Source of the DNA: a virus
Lineage: Duplodnaviria; Heunggongvirae; Uroviricota; Caudoviricetes
Length of the DNA: 42,540 nucleotides
Direction: 5' to 3' (one strand)
IMG/VR virus record: IMGVR_UViG_2541047682_000006
The number at the start of each line of letters is the position of its first letter. Position 1 is the first letter of the stretch. Positions 25,429-35,701 of the stretch are shown here, one piece after another. Both the position numbers and the translations under genes were made by a program. The notes beneath the pieces are model-generated. The model saw only the letters and a program-made list of their open reading frames with translations. It did no database searches and was not told the DNA's origin.

Positions 25429-26502
25429 TTACGCTCCCGGCTCTGCGGTCGCCTTAGCCGGTGTGGAGAAATCACCGACCTTAATTTTTTCCACCAGACA
25501 ACCGGCGGCGTAGTCTTCCACCACGTAATCAATGTTCATTGACTCGTAGTTCTCCACGCGGTCGAGTTTCGGGTTTTCCACAATCACGCGGCGATGGCTG
25601 TCATCCATGTAGTAGATGGACAGGTTTTCCAGCTTCGTGATGAGCATCGCATCCGCCGGGAAGTACGGGACGCGTACCGCCGGCAGGTTACCGATGCGTT
25701 TCTGGCTGATGATGACGTCAGCGGCCAGCATTTCGCTGTTGTCCTGCTCCTTGTTAACGATGGGGAAATACTTGTCCGCCAGTAGCTGACGCCCCACAAT
25801 CACCACAAGGTCAGGGTCTTCCTGATACCACGGTTCAATCAGGTTGTTGGTCGCATCCATCACCAGTGCATCAAGGCTGGCATAATCACCGCCCTTACCC
25901 ACGCGGATGACCTCAGAGGTCGTGTGACCTTCCTCGTCAGTGACCTTGCTCATCACACGCGCCGGGGCTTCATTGCGGTATTTCTGCAGCCAGCCGACCG
26001 CCACATCCTGCAACATCGGATTACTGTTGCGGTCAGAGGTTTCTGCACGCTTCACGCCGTTAAAACCGGCCATGATGAAATCAAGGGACTGGCGTTTGAT
26101 AATGGCGTTACGGATACGGAGCTGGAAATCCTGATAACGCGCCCACAGGTCCAGCGTTTTGTAGCGGATATAAAAATCGAAGTTAATCTGGTCGCATTCG
26201 TACTTGTTAGACGCCAGCTTCGAGAAGTCCTTCGGCTGACGCTCGGTGCCACCGGCGGTGTCGGTGGTGCTGGCGATGGAGCCGGTGACACCGATACCAA
26301 TTTTTTCCCCTTTCATTTCGCTGACCGGCACAATGTTGATGCGGGTCAGAAAGTCAGAGGACTCCTGCATGGTGTTCATCAGGGTCTGGGTGACCGACGG
26401 TTCAACGGTGAATTTTTTCGACACATCACCGGCGTCGATGCCGTTCAGCTCGGCAACACGGGACAGGTAGGCATTAAATTTAAAGCGGGTTTCCTGGCGC
26501 AT
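25429..26502 (-). CDS. N: Major capsid protein (P2 gpN-like)
   Basis: 357-aa ORF downstream of O. Confidence 0.85.
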   Translation of the reverse strand: MRQETRFKFNAYLSRVAELNGIDAGDVSKKFTVEPSVTQTLMNTMQESSDFLTRINIVPVSEMKGEKIGIGVTGSIASTTDTAGGTERQPKDFSKLASNKYECDQINFDFYIRYKTLDLWARYQDFQLRIRNAIIKRQSLDFIMAGFNGVKRAETSDRNSNPMLQDVAVGWLQKYRNEAPARVMSKVTDEEGHTTSEVIRVGKGGDYASLDALVMDATNNLIEPWYQEDPDLVVIVGRQLLADKYFPIVNKEQDNSEMLAADVIISQKRIGNLPAVRVPYFPADAMLITKLENLSIYYMDDSHRRVIVENPKLDRVENYESMNIDYVVEDYAAGCLVEKIKVGDFSTPAKATAEPGA

Positions 26503-26560
26503 AGTTTTTCCTGAAATTAAGGGTTAATCGTGAAGGTTTTCCCGGACTGACTGACGCCGG

Positions 26561-27274
26561 TCAGCAGTTCGTCATCAGGGCGTCACCGCCACCACCGGTG
26601 GCCTTGCTGCGGCGCTGCTGGGTCAGACTTTCGGTGTGGTCGAGACTGTTTTTCAGGCGGGTGAATGCCTGGCTGGTTTCATCCGCCCTGTCAGTCACCT
26701 CCTGCTTAAGTGCGGAAAAGGCGGTTTCCATCTCAGCGAGGCGCTGCTCAGTGGCGCTCAGTTTTTCCTGCACATGTTCAGCAACAGCGGTCACCGCTTC
26801 ATGCACGTCATTCAGACGGGCATCATCGCTGGCCTGTTTGCGGCCAAAAATGGACTTCACCTTTTCGGTCAGGACGGTGAACACTGTTTCAGGCAGGTCT
26901 TCAAATTCCAGCTCAACAGGCGTTGCCACTGAAATCAGGTTTTCAGGGCTTAATTTGAAGCGGTTCAGGGGGTTGTGTTTTGCCGTGCGGCAGAATTCCA
27001 GGTATTCCGTGCCGAGGCTTGCCGGGTCATCGGTGACGGCCAGACCCACCAGATAACATTTGCCGGTGTTGGCAAAGTTCGGCTGAATTTCCATTGAGGT
27101 GTAGACCTTCTGCGCGGCCTTGTTCATCGCGATAAGGTCATCGGTCGGGGTGATTTTCGCAAACAGCGCCCATTTGCCTTTCAGCGCCGAATCATCGTCA
27201 ATCTTTTCGGCCTTAAGTTCGGCCACATCGCCATAACGTTTAAAAATACCGTCAGGCAGGATGCCGCGCAGATG
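26561..27274 (-). pseudogene. O: Capsid scaffold gene O, C-terminal fragment (gene interrupted by an IS element)
   Basis: Track ORF 26561..27310 matches gpO from ...HLRGILPDGIFKRYGDVAELKAEK onward; its first 12 codons (27275-27310) are read from IS sequence. Confidence 0.75.
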
Positions 27275-27360
27275 TTGCGTATTACCGTGAAGGAGATCGG
27301 TGAGTAACATCGATGGAGATCGGTTCGTGTCACTTTCACAGAACCGTTTTTAAATTACCT

Positions 27361-28110
27361 TCACTGATCTCCTTCGGTCAACGGAGATTGTATTTTCCGC
27401 ATTGATTCTCCTTTAAGTTCGATCTTGATACTGCCATGAACCAGTCGATCTAGGATGGCATCCGCATGTGTGGAGTCTCCGATCATTTTGTACCAGTTTT
27501 CCACCGGCAACTGGCTCACTACGATGATTGAGCCTCGTTGGTACATCAGATCCACTATTTCCAGCAGGTCGCTACGCTGTTCTGATGAGAGAGGTTCCAG
27601 CCCCCAGTCATCCAGAAGCAGCAGATCGCTATTATTCAGCCTGGTCAAAAGTTTGCTGTATCTTCCATCAGCATGCCCCTGATAGCACTGTTCCATCAGC
27701 GCTTTAAGGCGATAATAGTAGACCTTGTATCCCTGTCGGCAGGCATTATGACCAAGTGCACATGCCAGGAACGTTTTACCGCTGCCGGTGGCCCCGGTCA
27801 GTAAAATATTTTGTTTCAGGGTTAACCAGTTTCCCTGACTGAGTGAACGGATGAGGGCCCTGTCCAGCCCTCTATTGTTACGATAATCCAGCTTTGATAA
27901 CTCAGCATTAAGTCTGAACCGTGCATGTTTGATCAGACGCTCTGCCTTCCTGTTTTCACGGCAGGTTAGTTCTTCTGCTGTCAGTAATGACAGGCGTTCT
28001 TCGAAGCCCAGCTCCTGGTATGTGCCCGGTTGAGCAAGTTGCTTTTTAAGCGCATCACGGAAGCCGGTGAGTTTAAGTGCGGTCAGTTGTTCGTAAAGAT
28101 GATTCATCAT
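27361..28110 (-). CDS. istB: IstB-like ATP-binding transposition helper (IS21 family)
   Basis: 249-aa ORF with Walker A (GATGSGKT) and Walker B (LLLLDDWG), typical of IstB. Confidence 0.85.
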   Translation of the reverse strand: MMNHLYEQLTALKLTGFRDALKKQLAQPGTYQELGFEERLSLLTAEELTCRENRKAERLIKHARFRLNAELSKLDYRNNRGLDRALIRSLSQGNWLTLKQNILLTGATGSGKTFLACALGHNACRQGYKVYYYRLKALMEQCYQGHADGRYSKLLTRLNNSDLLLLDDWGLEPLSSEQRSDLLEIVDLMYQRGSIIVVSQLPVENWYKMIGDSTHADAILDRLVHGSIKIELKGESMRKIQSPLTEGDQ

Positions 28111-28121
28111 TGGATCCCGTA

Positions 28122-29663
28122 TCAGTGGTAATACTCACTGCCGCGTACGTTTTCGTGTTCCATCGTGGATAACAGATCTGGTTTTGGATCCTGAACAGGT
28201 TGTTTATCCAGACCTTTTTCCAGGATCGATTTAATACCTGACAGACGCCATACCTTTGTTTTCAGAGCTCTTGCACATGCTGCATTAAGTCTGGCTTTAC
28301 TGTATTTTTTATGAAGGTTCAGGAGTCCAAGGCAGAAGCGATAGCTTTGTTCCGGATGTGGACGAGAGTTCAGTATATGAAGCACATAACTATGAGTTTC
28401 ACTGCCTATGTGCCCCGCCCATTCCAGAAGACGCTCTGGCGTCCAGGTGGCATGCTGTCGATGAGCTTCAGGCATGTGCTCGTTGCGGGTACTGTAGCCA
28501 TAAGTACGCTTGCGCGGGTGCACAGCAACCTCCTGCCCCTGATTGAAGAGTCTTACCAGTTCTCCGGAGATCCATGCTTCCAGTTGCTGGCCTAACAGCG
28601 AACATGGAACCGAGTAGTAATGTTTGTCGATTTCCACGTGGTAATCGGCATGAACTCTGACTTTCTTCACCAGGGTGTAACTGTAACTGGCTTCAGGAAG
28701 AGGCTTCAGTGCGGGTTTATCAAGCTGGATGAAGAGTTCTGCACGTGAATAACCCAACTTCTGCATTATTTTGTTATTCAGTCTTTCCAGCAACTCCCGA
28801 ATGCGCTGATTAAGCGATGCAAGGCTGTAGAAGATCTCATGCCTGATTCGGGCCATGATCCAGCGTTCAACAACCTGAACGCCAACTTCAGCTTTGGCTT
28901 TATCTTTCGGTTTACGTGGCCGCGCAGGCAAAACTGCGACATTATAATGCTCAAGCATCTGCTGGTAGGTAGGGTTAACGTCAGGATCATACTTACATGC
29001 CCTGGATGTGGCGCTTTTCAGATTGTCCGGAACAACAAGTTCAGGAACGCCACCCAACCACTGGAAGCAGCGAACATGACTCATCACCCAGTCTTCAAGC
29101 TGCTGAGACCAGGTGGCCTCTGCCCATGTGTAACTTGATGCCCCGAGAACAGCTACGATGACCTGAGCAGTTCTTATTTCTCCGGTCTCAGGGTCGGTAA
29201 CGCCAACGGTAGGTCCACAGTAATCAACGAAAAGTTTTTCGCCAGCTTTATGTACCTGACGCATTGATGGTGAAGTGGTTTTGAGCCATTCACGGTACAT
29301 CCGGCAGTAATGGTTATAGCTGTAAAAACCGCCTGGATTACGCTCACAGTATTCTTCCCAGAGTAGCTGCAGCGTCACGCATTTATTACGCAGTTCCCGG
29401 TGTACTGTAGCCCAGTCAGGCAGAGAGTGCTTCTTCATCTTAACCTGGGTCTGAAGGAACGCATGTTTTAGTTTTGTATCATCCCATCCTGTAGGTAAGG
29501 GCCACTGCTTTATGCCAAGTTGAGCCGCCCGATTAGCATATCTGGATACAACGGAAGGGGAGATTGCAAGACTACGACCAATTTGTCGATGGCTGAGTCC
29601 AACACCGTATTTAAGCCTAAGAATTTCTTTAAGTTTTCTCATAGAAATTGGAACTGTTGGCAT
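28122..29663 (-). CDS. istA: IstA-like transposase (IS21 family, DDE)
   Basis: 513-aa ORF with N-terminal HTH region and a central DDE-type catalytic core, immediately upstream of istB. Confidence 0.8.
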   Translation of the reverse strand: MPTVPISMRKLKEILRLKYGVGLSHRQIGRSLAISPSVVSRYANRAAQLGIKQWPLPTGWDDTKLKHAFLQTQVKMKKHSLPDWATVHRELRNKCVTLQLLWEEYCERNPGGFYSYNHYCRMYREWLKTTSPSMRQVHKAGEKLFVDYCGPTVGVTDPETGEIRTAQVIVAVLGASSYTWAEATWSQQLEDWVMSHVRCFQWLGGVPELVVPDNLKSATSRACKYDPDVNPTYQQMLEHYNVAVLPARPRKPKDKAKAEVGVQVVERWIMARIRHEIFYSLASLNQRIRELLERLNNKIMQKLGYSRAELFIQLDKPALKPLPEASYSYTLVKKVRVHADYHVEIDKHYYSVPCSLLGQQLEAWISGELVRLFNQGQEVAVHPRKRTYGYSTRNEHMPEAHRQHATWTPERLLEWAGHIGSETHSYVLHILNSRPHPEQSYRFCLGLLNLHKKYSKARLNAACARALKTKVWRLSGIKSILEKGLDKQPVQDPKPDLLSTMEHENVRGSEYYH

Positions 29664-29852
29664 AGGTATCCTTTACCGGAATGGCAAAAGATACAGATCA
29701 ACACACCTGTGAAGTTCCAATAACATTGATGGAGATCACTGAATAACAAAATGAGTCAAAAGTGATCTCCATCGATGTTATTCAGCGATCTGTTCAAATG
29801 TTATTACCCGATCTCGATGGAAGTTATTGAGTGATCTCCTTTCATGAAAATA

Positions 29853-30001
29853 CGCAGATGTTCCAGGTTAATGCGGCAACCGTAGACACGCGGGTCAAAG
29901 GTTTCAGCCATTTCCTGAATATCCTGCGCACTGATGACACGCCCGTCACAGGTGTCACCCTCAACGCCGATACGAAAGAATTTTGAGACTTTTTTTGCCA
30001 T
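29853..30001 (-). pseudogene. O: Capsid scaffold gene O, N-terminal fragment
   Basis: Track ORF 29804..30067 contains MAKKVSKFFRIGVEGDTCDGRVISAQDIQEMAETFDPRVYGCRINLEHLR from the ATG at 29999-30001, then runs into IS sequence to a stop at 29804. Confidence 0.75.
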
Positions 30002-30174
30002 TGTCAGGAGTCCTGAATAGTGATTAGAGGAGTCACATGTCGGCATCAGTTTCCCGACGATGCGCATCCTCCGCCATCAGTCCCGGATGGCTTATCACTG
30101 ACACAACAGCACCTTAGCGAATCGCAGGGCGCGACTCAGTAGCCTTGCCGTGTATTCATCACGGCGAGGTATTC

Positions 30175-31947
30175 ATGACCATCACCACAGACACCACTCT
30201 TTTACACGACCCGCGTCGTCAGGCGGCGCTGCTGTACTGGCAGGGATTTTCCGTGCCGCAGATTGCCGCCATGTTGCAGATGAAACGCCCGACAGTGCAG
30301 AGCTGGAAACAGCGCGACGGCTGGGACAACGTTGCCCCCATCAGCCGTGTCGAAATGAGCCTGGAAGCGCGGCTGACCCAGCTCATCATCAAACCGCAGA
30401 AAACCGGCGGTGACTTCAAGGAAATTGACCTGCTGGGACGCCAGATTGAACGACTGGCACGGGTAAATCGTTACAGCCAGACCGGCAACGAGGCAGACCT
30501 TAATCCGAACGTCGCTAACCGCAACAAAGGCGGGCGGCGCAAACCGAAAAAAAATTTTTTCAGTGACGAGGCCATCGAAAAGCTGGAGCAGATTTTCTTT
30601 GAGCAGTCTTTCGACTATCAGTTGCACTGGTATCGCGCCGGGCTTGAGCACCGCATCCGCGATATCCTGAAATCCCGCCAGATTGGCGCGACGTTTTATT
30701 TTTCCCGCGAGGCGCTGCTGCGCGCCCTGAAAACCGGCCATAACCAGATTTTTCTGTCGGCCAGTAAAACGCAGGCGTATGTGTTCCGCGAATACATCAT
30801 CGCCTTTGCCCGGCTGGTTGACGTTGACCTGACCGGTGACCCGATTGTCCTGGGCAATAACGGCGCAAAACTGATTTTTCTCGGCACCAACTCCAACACC
30901 GCACAGAGCCATAACGGCGACCTGTACGTCGACGAGATTTTCTGGATCCCGAATTTTCAGGTACTGCGTAAGGTGGCATCAGGTATGGCCTCACAGAGTC
31001 ACCTGCGCTCGACCTATTTCTCCACCCCGTCCACGCTGGCGCACGACGCCTACCCGTTCTGGTCAGGTGAACTGTTCAACCGGGGACGCGCCAGCGCCGC
31101 CGAACGCGTGGAAATCGACGTCAGTCATAACGCCCTTGCCGGTGGGCTTCTCTGTGCGGACGGCCAGTGGCGGCAGATTGTCACCATTGAGGACGCCCTG
31201 AAAGGTGGCTGCACGCTGTTCGACATTGAACAGCTCAAACGCGAAAACAGCGCCGACGATTTTAAAAACCTGTTCATGTGTGAATTTGTTGACGACAAGG
31301 CGTCGGTGTTCCCGTTCGAGGAGCTGCAACGCTGCATGGTCGACACGCTGGAAGAATGGGAAGACTATGCGCCGTTTGCCGCCAATCCGTTCGGCTCCCG
31401 CCCGGTCTGGATTGGTTACGACCCGTCACACCGTGGCGACAGCGCCGGATGCGTGGTACTGGCACCGCCGGTGGTGGCCGGTGGCAAATTCAGAATACTT
31501 GAGCGTCACCAGTGGAAAGGCATGGACTTTGCCACTCAGGCGGAATCCATCCGCAAACTCACCGAAAAATACAACGTCGAATACATCGGTATTGATGCCA
31601 CCGGCCTCGGTGTCGGCGTGTTCCAGCTCGTGCGCTCGTTCTATCCCGCCGCGCGCGATATCCGCTACACGCCGGAAATGAAAACCGCAATGGTGCTCAA
31701 GGCAAAAGACGTCATCCGCCGTGGCTGTCTGGAATATGACGTCAGCGCCACCGACATCACCAGCTCGTTTATGGCTATCCGCAAGACCATGACCAGCAGC
31801 GGACGCAGCGCCACTTATGAGGCCAGCCGCAGCGAGGAAGCCAGCCACGCCGACCTCGCCTGGGCGACCATGCACGCCCTGTTAAATGAGCCACTCACCG
31901 CCGGTATCAGCACCCCGCTGACATCCACCATTCTGGAGTTTTACTGA
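30175..31947 (+). CDS. P: Terminase large (ATPase) subunit (P2 gpP-like)
   Basis: ~590 aa from the ATG at 30175 (MTITTDTTLLHDPRRQAALLYWQGFSVPQIAAM...); divergent from O across the late-promoter region. Confidence 0.85.
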   Translation: MTITTDTTLLHDPRRQAALLYWQGFSVPQIAAMLQMKRPTVQSWKQRDGWDNVAPISRVEMSLEARLTQLIIKPQKTGGDFKEIDLLGRQIERLARVNRYSQTGNEADLNPNVANRNKGGRRKPKKNFFSDEAIEKLEQIFFEQSFDYQLHWYRAGLEHRIRDILKSRQIGATFYFSREALLRALKTGHNQIFLSASKTQAYVFREYIIAFARLVDVDLTGDPIVLGNNGAKLIFLGTNSNTAQSHNGDLYVDEIFWIPNFQVLRKVASGMASQSHLRSTYFSTPSTLAHDAYPFWSGELFNRGRASAAERVEIDVSHNALAGGLLCADGQWRQIVTIEDALKGGCTLFDIEQLKRENSADDFKNLFMCEFVDDKASVFPFEELQRCMVDTLEEWEDYAPFAANPFGSRPVWIGYDPSHRGDSAGCVVLAPPVVAGGKFRILERHQWKGMDFATQAESIRKLTEKYNVEYIGIDATGLGVGVFQLVRSFYPAARDIRYTPEMKTAMVLKAKDVIRRGCLEYDVSATDITSSFMAIRKTMTSSGRSATYEASRSEEASHADLAWATMHALLNEPLTAGISTPLTSTILEFY

Positions 31948-32981
31948 TGAGCAAGAAAAAAGGGAAAACACCGCAACCTGCGGCAAAAAAAATGACCGCC
32001 AGCGCCCCGAAAATGGAGGCATTCACCTTTGGTGAGCCGGTGCCGGTACTCGACCGCCGTGACATTCTGGATTACGTCGAGTGCATCAGTAACGGCAGAT
32101 GGTATGAGCCGCCGGTCAGCTTTACCGGTCTGGCGAAAAGCCTGCGTGCTGCCGTGCATCACAGCTCACCGATTTACGTTAAACGCAATATTCTGGCCTC
32201 GACATTTATCCCGCATCCGTGGCTTTCGCAACAGGATTTCAGCCGCTTTGTGCTGGATTTTCTGGTGTTCGGTAATGCGTTTCTGGAAAAGCGTTACAGC
32301 ACCACCGGTAAGATCATCAGACTGGAAACCTCACCGGCAAAATATACCCGCCGTGGCGTGGAGGAGGATGTTTACTGGTGGGTGCCGTCCTTCAACGAGC
32401 CGACACCTTTCGCGCCCGGTTCCGTGTTTCACCTGCTGGAGCCGGATATTAATCAGGAGCTGTACGGCCTGCCGGAATATCTCAGCGCCCTTAACTCTGC
32501 CTGGCTGAATGAGTCGGCCACGCTGTTCCGCCGCAAGTATTACGAAAACGGCGCGCATGCCGGATACATCATGTACGTCACCGATGCCGTGCAGGACCGC
32601 AACGATATCGAAATGCTTCGCGAAAACATGGTGAAGTCGAAAGGCCGCAATAACTTTAAAAACCTGTTTCTCTATGCCCCACAGGGGAAAGCCGACGGCA
32701 TTAAAATTATCCCGCTCAGTGAAGTGGCGACGAAGGACGATTTTTTTAATATCAAAAAAGCCAGCGCCGTTGACCTGCTGGATGCGCACCGCATCCCCTT
32801 TCAGTTGATGGGCGGCAAGCCGGAAAACGTCGGGGCTCTGGGTGATATTGAGAAAGTGGCAAAGGTCTTTGTCCGCAATGAACTTATCCCGCTACAGGAC
32901 AGGATTCGGGAAATAAACGGCTGGCTCGGTCAGGAGGTCATCCGCTTTAAAAACTACTCACTGGACACTGACAACGGCTGA
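31947..32981 (+). CDS. Q: Portal protein (P2 gpQ-like)
   Basis: 344-aa ORF; ATG overlaps the P stop (ATGA); followed by a terminator and cos. Confidence 0.85.
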   Translation: MSKKKGKTPQPAAKKMTASAPKMEAFTFGEPVPVLDRRDILDYVECISNGRWYEPPVSFTGLAKSLRAAVHHSSPIYVKRNILASTFIPHPWLSQQDFSRFVLDFLVFGNAFLEKRYSTTGKIIRLETSPAKYTRRGVEEDVYWWVPSFNEPTPFAPGSVFHLLEPDINQELYGLPEYLSALNSAWLNESATLFRRKYYENGAHAGYIMYVTDAVQDRNDIEMLRENMVKSKGRNNFKNLFLYAPQGKADGIKIIPLSEVATKDDFFNIKKASAVDLLDAHRIPFQLMGGKPENVGALGDIEKVAKVFVRNELIPLQDRIREINGWLGQEVIRFKNYSLDTDNG

Positions 32982-32986
32982 ACATC

Positions 32987-33008
32987 GCCGCCTGCGGGCG
33001 GCTTTTTT
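32987..33008 (+). terminator. Rho-independent terminator downstream of Q
   Basis: GCCGCC/GGCGGC stem with 4-nt loop followed by TTTTTT at 33003-33008. Confidence 0.6.
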
Positions 33009-33150
33009 ACACCCCGTCATCACGCCCTCACACGCTCACCACCGCACAAAACACCCCGCAGACACACCAGCGCCTCAACGGGCAGACTAAGCGCCGTCAC
33101 GACGCGCTGAGACGCTGAAAAAATAAAATCAGCACCACCGCCAGCGCGCA

Positions 33151-33169
33151 GTGCTTTCCCCGCCTCGCC
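33151..33169. other. cos site: 19-nt P2-type cohesive end sequence
   Basis: Plus strand GTGCTTTCCCCGCCTCGCC is the exact reverse complement of the P2 cohesive end GGCGAGGCGGGGAAAGCAC as I recall it; lies next to the portal gene as in P2. Confidence 0.75.
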
Positions 33170-33484
33170 CGCCCGCTTCATGGGGCGGTTTTAATGCAGT
33201 TGCATGATGAAACTGAAATCACATCAGCACTGACCGAAACTGACAAAAAGAATAGTATCTGACACATGCAAAAACACGCACTTAATATACGCCTATCTAT
33301 AGCTCCTACAGGATTGTCAAAAAACGACCAACTCGTCATAGCGTAAACACATTTGGCTCAACGAACACTTACGTTATATGCCTCTTGAACATATCAAAGT
33401 CTTAAGGTAGATCTTTACCACTAAGTGGCTATATTAAGCTGCTTTTTTACATACAATAAAAGCTTTATCGTATGAGGCATAAAA

Positions 33485-35701
33485 ATGGAACTTAGATTAA
33501 AAAATGTTACCAGTTATAAGAAAGACGCCTTCACAATACTGAATCTTGAAAAAAGAGTAAACATACTATACGGCCAAAATGGTTGTGGCAAATCTACCAT
33601 TTCAAATTATTTCTACGACTCTACACACACAGATTATAACGAGTGTGAATGTACCCTTCTTGACAATTACAAACCTCTTGTTTACAACACTAAATTTATT
33701 GAAGATAACTTCTATAATGCACAGGAACAAAAAGGTGTTTTTACATTAAGTAAAGAAAATGCAGATATTGAAAAACAATTAATTGAAAAAGAAGCAATTA
33801 AACAGCAACTCACAGAGCAATATAGACAAAAAAAAGGAGTGTTATTGAAATTAGAAGCAGAAATGGAAAAAAAAGAAAATGAATACATCGAATCGATCTG
33901 GAAAAAAACAGAACCAATCAGAAACTCTGTACTAAAAACCTTAATGAAAGGTAAAGTTGGCTATAAAAGACCTTTTTTTGAGATGATAAAATCATCCTCA
34001 CCAATCACCTTTATTAATTTAAATGATATAGCAAAAGAATACTCTATACTATTAGAAAATAGAAACAATGAAACCGCATTAATAACTCCTTTACATCCAT
34101 ATACCCCATCAATTGATGATGTAAATACATTAGCAACACCTATAATAGATACAAGCAATAGCTATTTATCAGAAACCATTAATAAACTTCATAATCTTGA
34201 CTGGGTAAAAAAAGGTAAAGAACATTATTTAGACGGTTCTACATGTCCGTTTTGTCAGGAAAAAACTATTAGTCACGAATTTTTAAATGCCCTTAAATCA
34301 ATATTTGACGAAAGTTATTCAAAGAAAGTAAAACAGCTCTCAGATATAAAGTCAGTTTATGAGAAAAATACCATATATCATTTTAACGAAATACAAAACA
34401 ATATATCATCATGTGCACTAATCAATGAGAAAGATAAAGAGAACATTATTTCCAATATTAAAATATTGCAAAACATTGCAGAAAAAAATTTAATAAACAT
34501 TATTGATAAGATCAACAATCCATCAACATGCGTTACATTAGAAATTGATAAAGAACTAGAAAATCATGTTCAGGAAAGCATAGGCGCTGTTAACAAGAAA
34601 ATAAGAGACATAAATGATAAGGTTAAAAAACTCAAAGAGTATGAGAATAAAATCGGAAAACAAGTTTGGGGGGCTCTCCATGCTTTTTGCAGCGATGATT
34701 TAGAGAATTTATCCAAACACAAAGAAAAATTCTTTGATATCAAAAAGAAAGTTCATGATGAATTAAATAATATTGAGCAACAAGGAAAAGAAAATAATCT
34801 CACAATAAAAGCATTGCGAGATAAAATATCTAACATTGATTCTACGATAGACTCAATAAACACCCATTTAAAAAATCTAGGGATCTCTGGTTTTTGTATT
34901 GAAAAACATGCAGAAAGAAAAGATATGTACATTATATCTCGACCAGGGCATACAAAAAACCAAAATGTTTATAGATCTCTTAGCGAAGGTGAAAAAACAC
35001 TAATAACGTTTCTTTATTTTTTAGAGTGCTGTAAAGGTAAAACCGATAAAAATGATACCGATAGCAGGGATATTTTTATTGTTATTGACGATCCAATATC
35101 TAGTCTATCGCAAAACTATGTCTACGACATCGCATCAATTATTCATCACCACATTATAAAAAATGAATTAACAAAGAAGGTATTAATCCTTACTCACAAT
35201 CTTTATTTCTTTCATGAACTTATTAAGCTATCTCCTAAAAGCAGAGAAGACAAACTATTTAAGAAAAACTATTATCTAGGTAGAGTAACGAAAAATGATT
35301 TTAGTATAATTACTGAAATACAAAAAAACAGCATACAGAATGAATATCAATCTTTGTGGCAAATATTAAAAGATGCAAAAGATGGCAAAGCAAACAAAAT
35401 CATAATACCGAATATTATGAGAAACATACTAGAATATTATTTTGCATTTGTTCATAGAACAGATGCTCTACAAGATGAATTAACAAAGTTGGCACGCGAC
35501 GATAGCAACAGTGATTTCAAAGCATTCTACAGATACATTAACAGAGGTTCTCACTCTGATGCGGTAAATATTACTGATATGGGCGACATAGACCCAGATA
35601 AATACCTAAAACAATTGAGAACAATATTTTCAGCTACTGGTGACGAAATGCATTATTTAAAAATGATGGACGAACTAGAAGAGGAAAACGTTACCGCTTA
35701 G
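33485..35701 (+). CDS. RloC/PrrC-like ABC ATPase (738 aa) with coiled-coil insert carrying a CxxC motif; putative anticodon nuclease or abortive-infection ATPase
   Basis: Walker A GQNGCGKST near the N-terminus; long Lys/Glu-rich coiled-coil region containing CPFC; ABC signature-like LSEGEK, Walker B IFIVIDDP, H-loop LTHN; C-terminal MRNILE...H arrangement (R-x3-E then His). AT-rich single gene at the P2 old/tin position with AGG Shine-Dalgarno. Confidence 0.5.
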   Translation: MELRLKNVTSYKKDAFTILNLEKRVNILYGQNGCGKSTISNYFYDSTHTDYNECECTLLDNYKPLVYNTKFIEDNFYNAQEQKGVFTLSKENADIEKQLIEKEAIKQQLTEQYRQKKGVLLKLEAEMEKKENEYIESIWKKTEPIRNSVLKTLMKGKVGYKRPFFEMIKSSSPITFINLNDIAKEYSILLENRNNETALITPLHPYTPSIDDVNTLATPIIDTSNSYLSETINKLHNLDWVKKGKEHYLDGSTCPFCQEKTISHEFLNALKSIFDESYSKKVKQLSDIKSVYEKNTIYHFNEIQNNISSCALINEKDKENIISNIKILQNIAEKNLINIIDKINNPSTCVTLEIDKELENHVQESIGAVNKKIRDINDKVKKLKEYENKIGKQVWGALHAFCSDDLENLSKHKEKFFDIKKKVHDELNNIEQQGKENNLTIKALRDKISNIDSTIDSINTHLKNLGISGFCIEKHAERKDMYIISRPGHTKNQNVYRSLSEGEKTLITFLYFLECCKGKTDKNDTDSRDIFIVIDDPISSLSQNYVYDIASIIHHHIIKNELTKKVLILTHNLYFFHELIKLSPKSREDKLFKKNYYLGRVTKNDFSIITEIQKNSIQNEYQSLWQILKDAKDGKANKIIIPNIMRNILEYYFAFVHRTDALQDELTKLARDDSNSDFKAFYRYINRGSHSDAVNITDMGDIDPDKYLKQLRTIFSATGDEMHYLKMMDELEEENVTA

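Larger units (their letters stand above)
27275..29852 (-). mobile_element. IS21-family insertion sequence (istA-istB), ~2.58 kb, inserted in phage gene O
   Basis: Contains istA and istB ORFs; flanked by an 8-bp direct repeat CGCAGATG (27267-27274 and 29853-29860); imperfect terminal inverted repeats carrying GGAGATC motifs. Confidence 0.8.

Noticed and set aside
29804-30067. 87-aa ORF that looks like an intact small gene next to the IS element
   Set aside because: It is the N-terminal part of scaffold gene O read through the insertion junction into IS sequence; annotated as a pseudogene fragment instead.
30002-30174. Divergent late promoters between O and P with an Ogr-type TGT-N12-ACA dyad
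   Set aside because: Only an imperfect candidate (TGTCGG...CCGACG) is present; I could not place the -10/-35 elements or the dyad confidently.
33485-35701. Possibility that the 738-aa ATPase is the P2 Old nuclease
   Set aside because: Old-family proteins pair the ATPase with a C-terminal TOPRIM domain; I see no TOPRIM-like motifs, and the coiled-coil/CxxC insert points to the RloC-type architecture instead.
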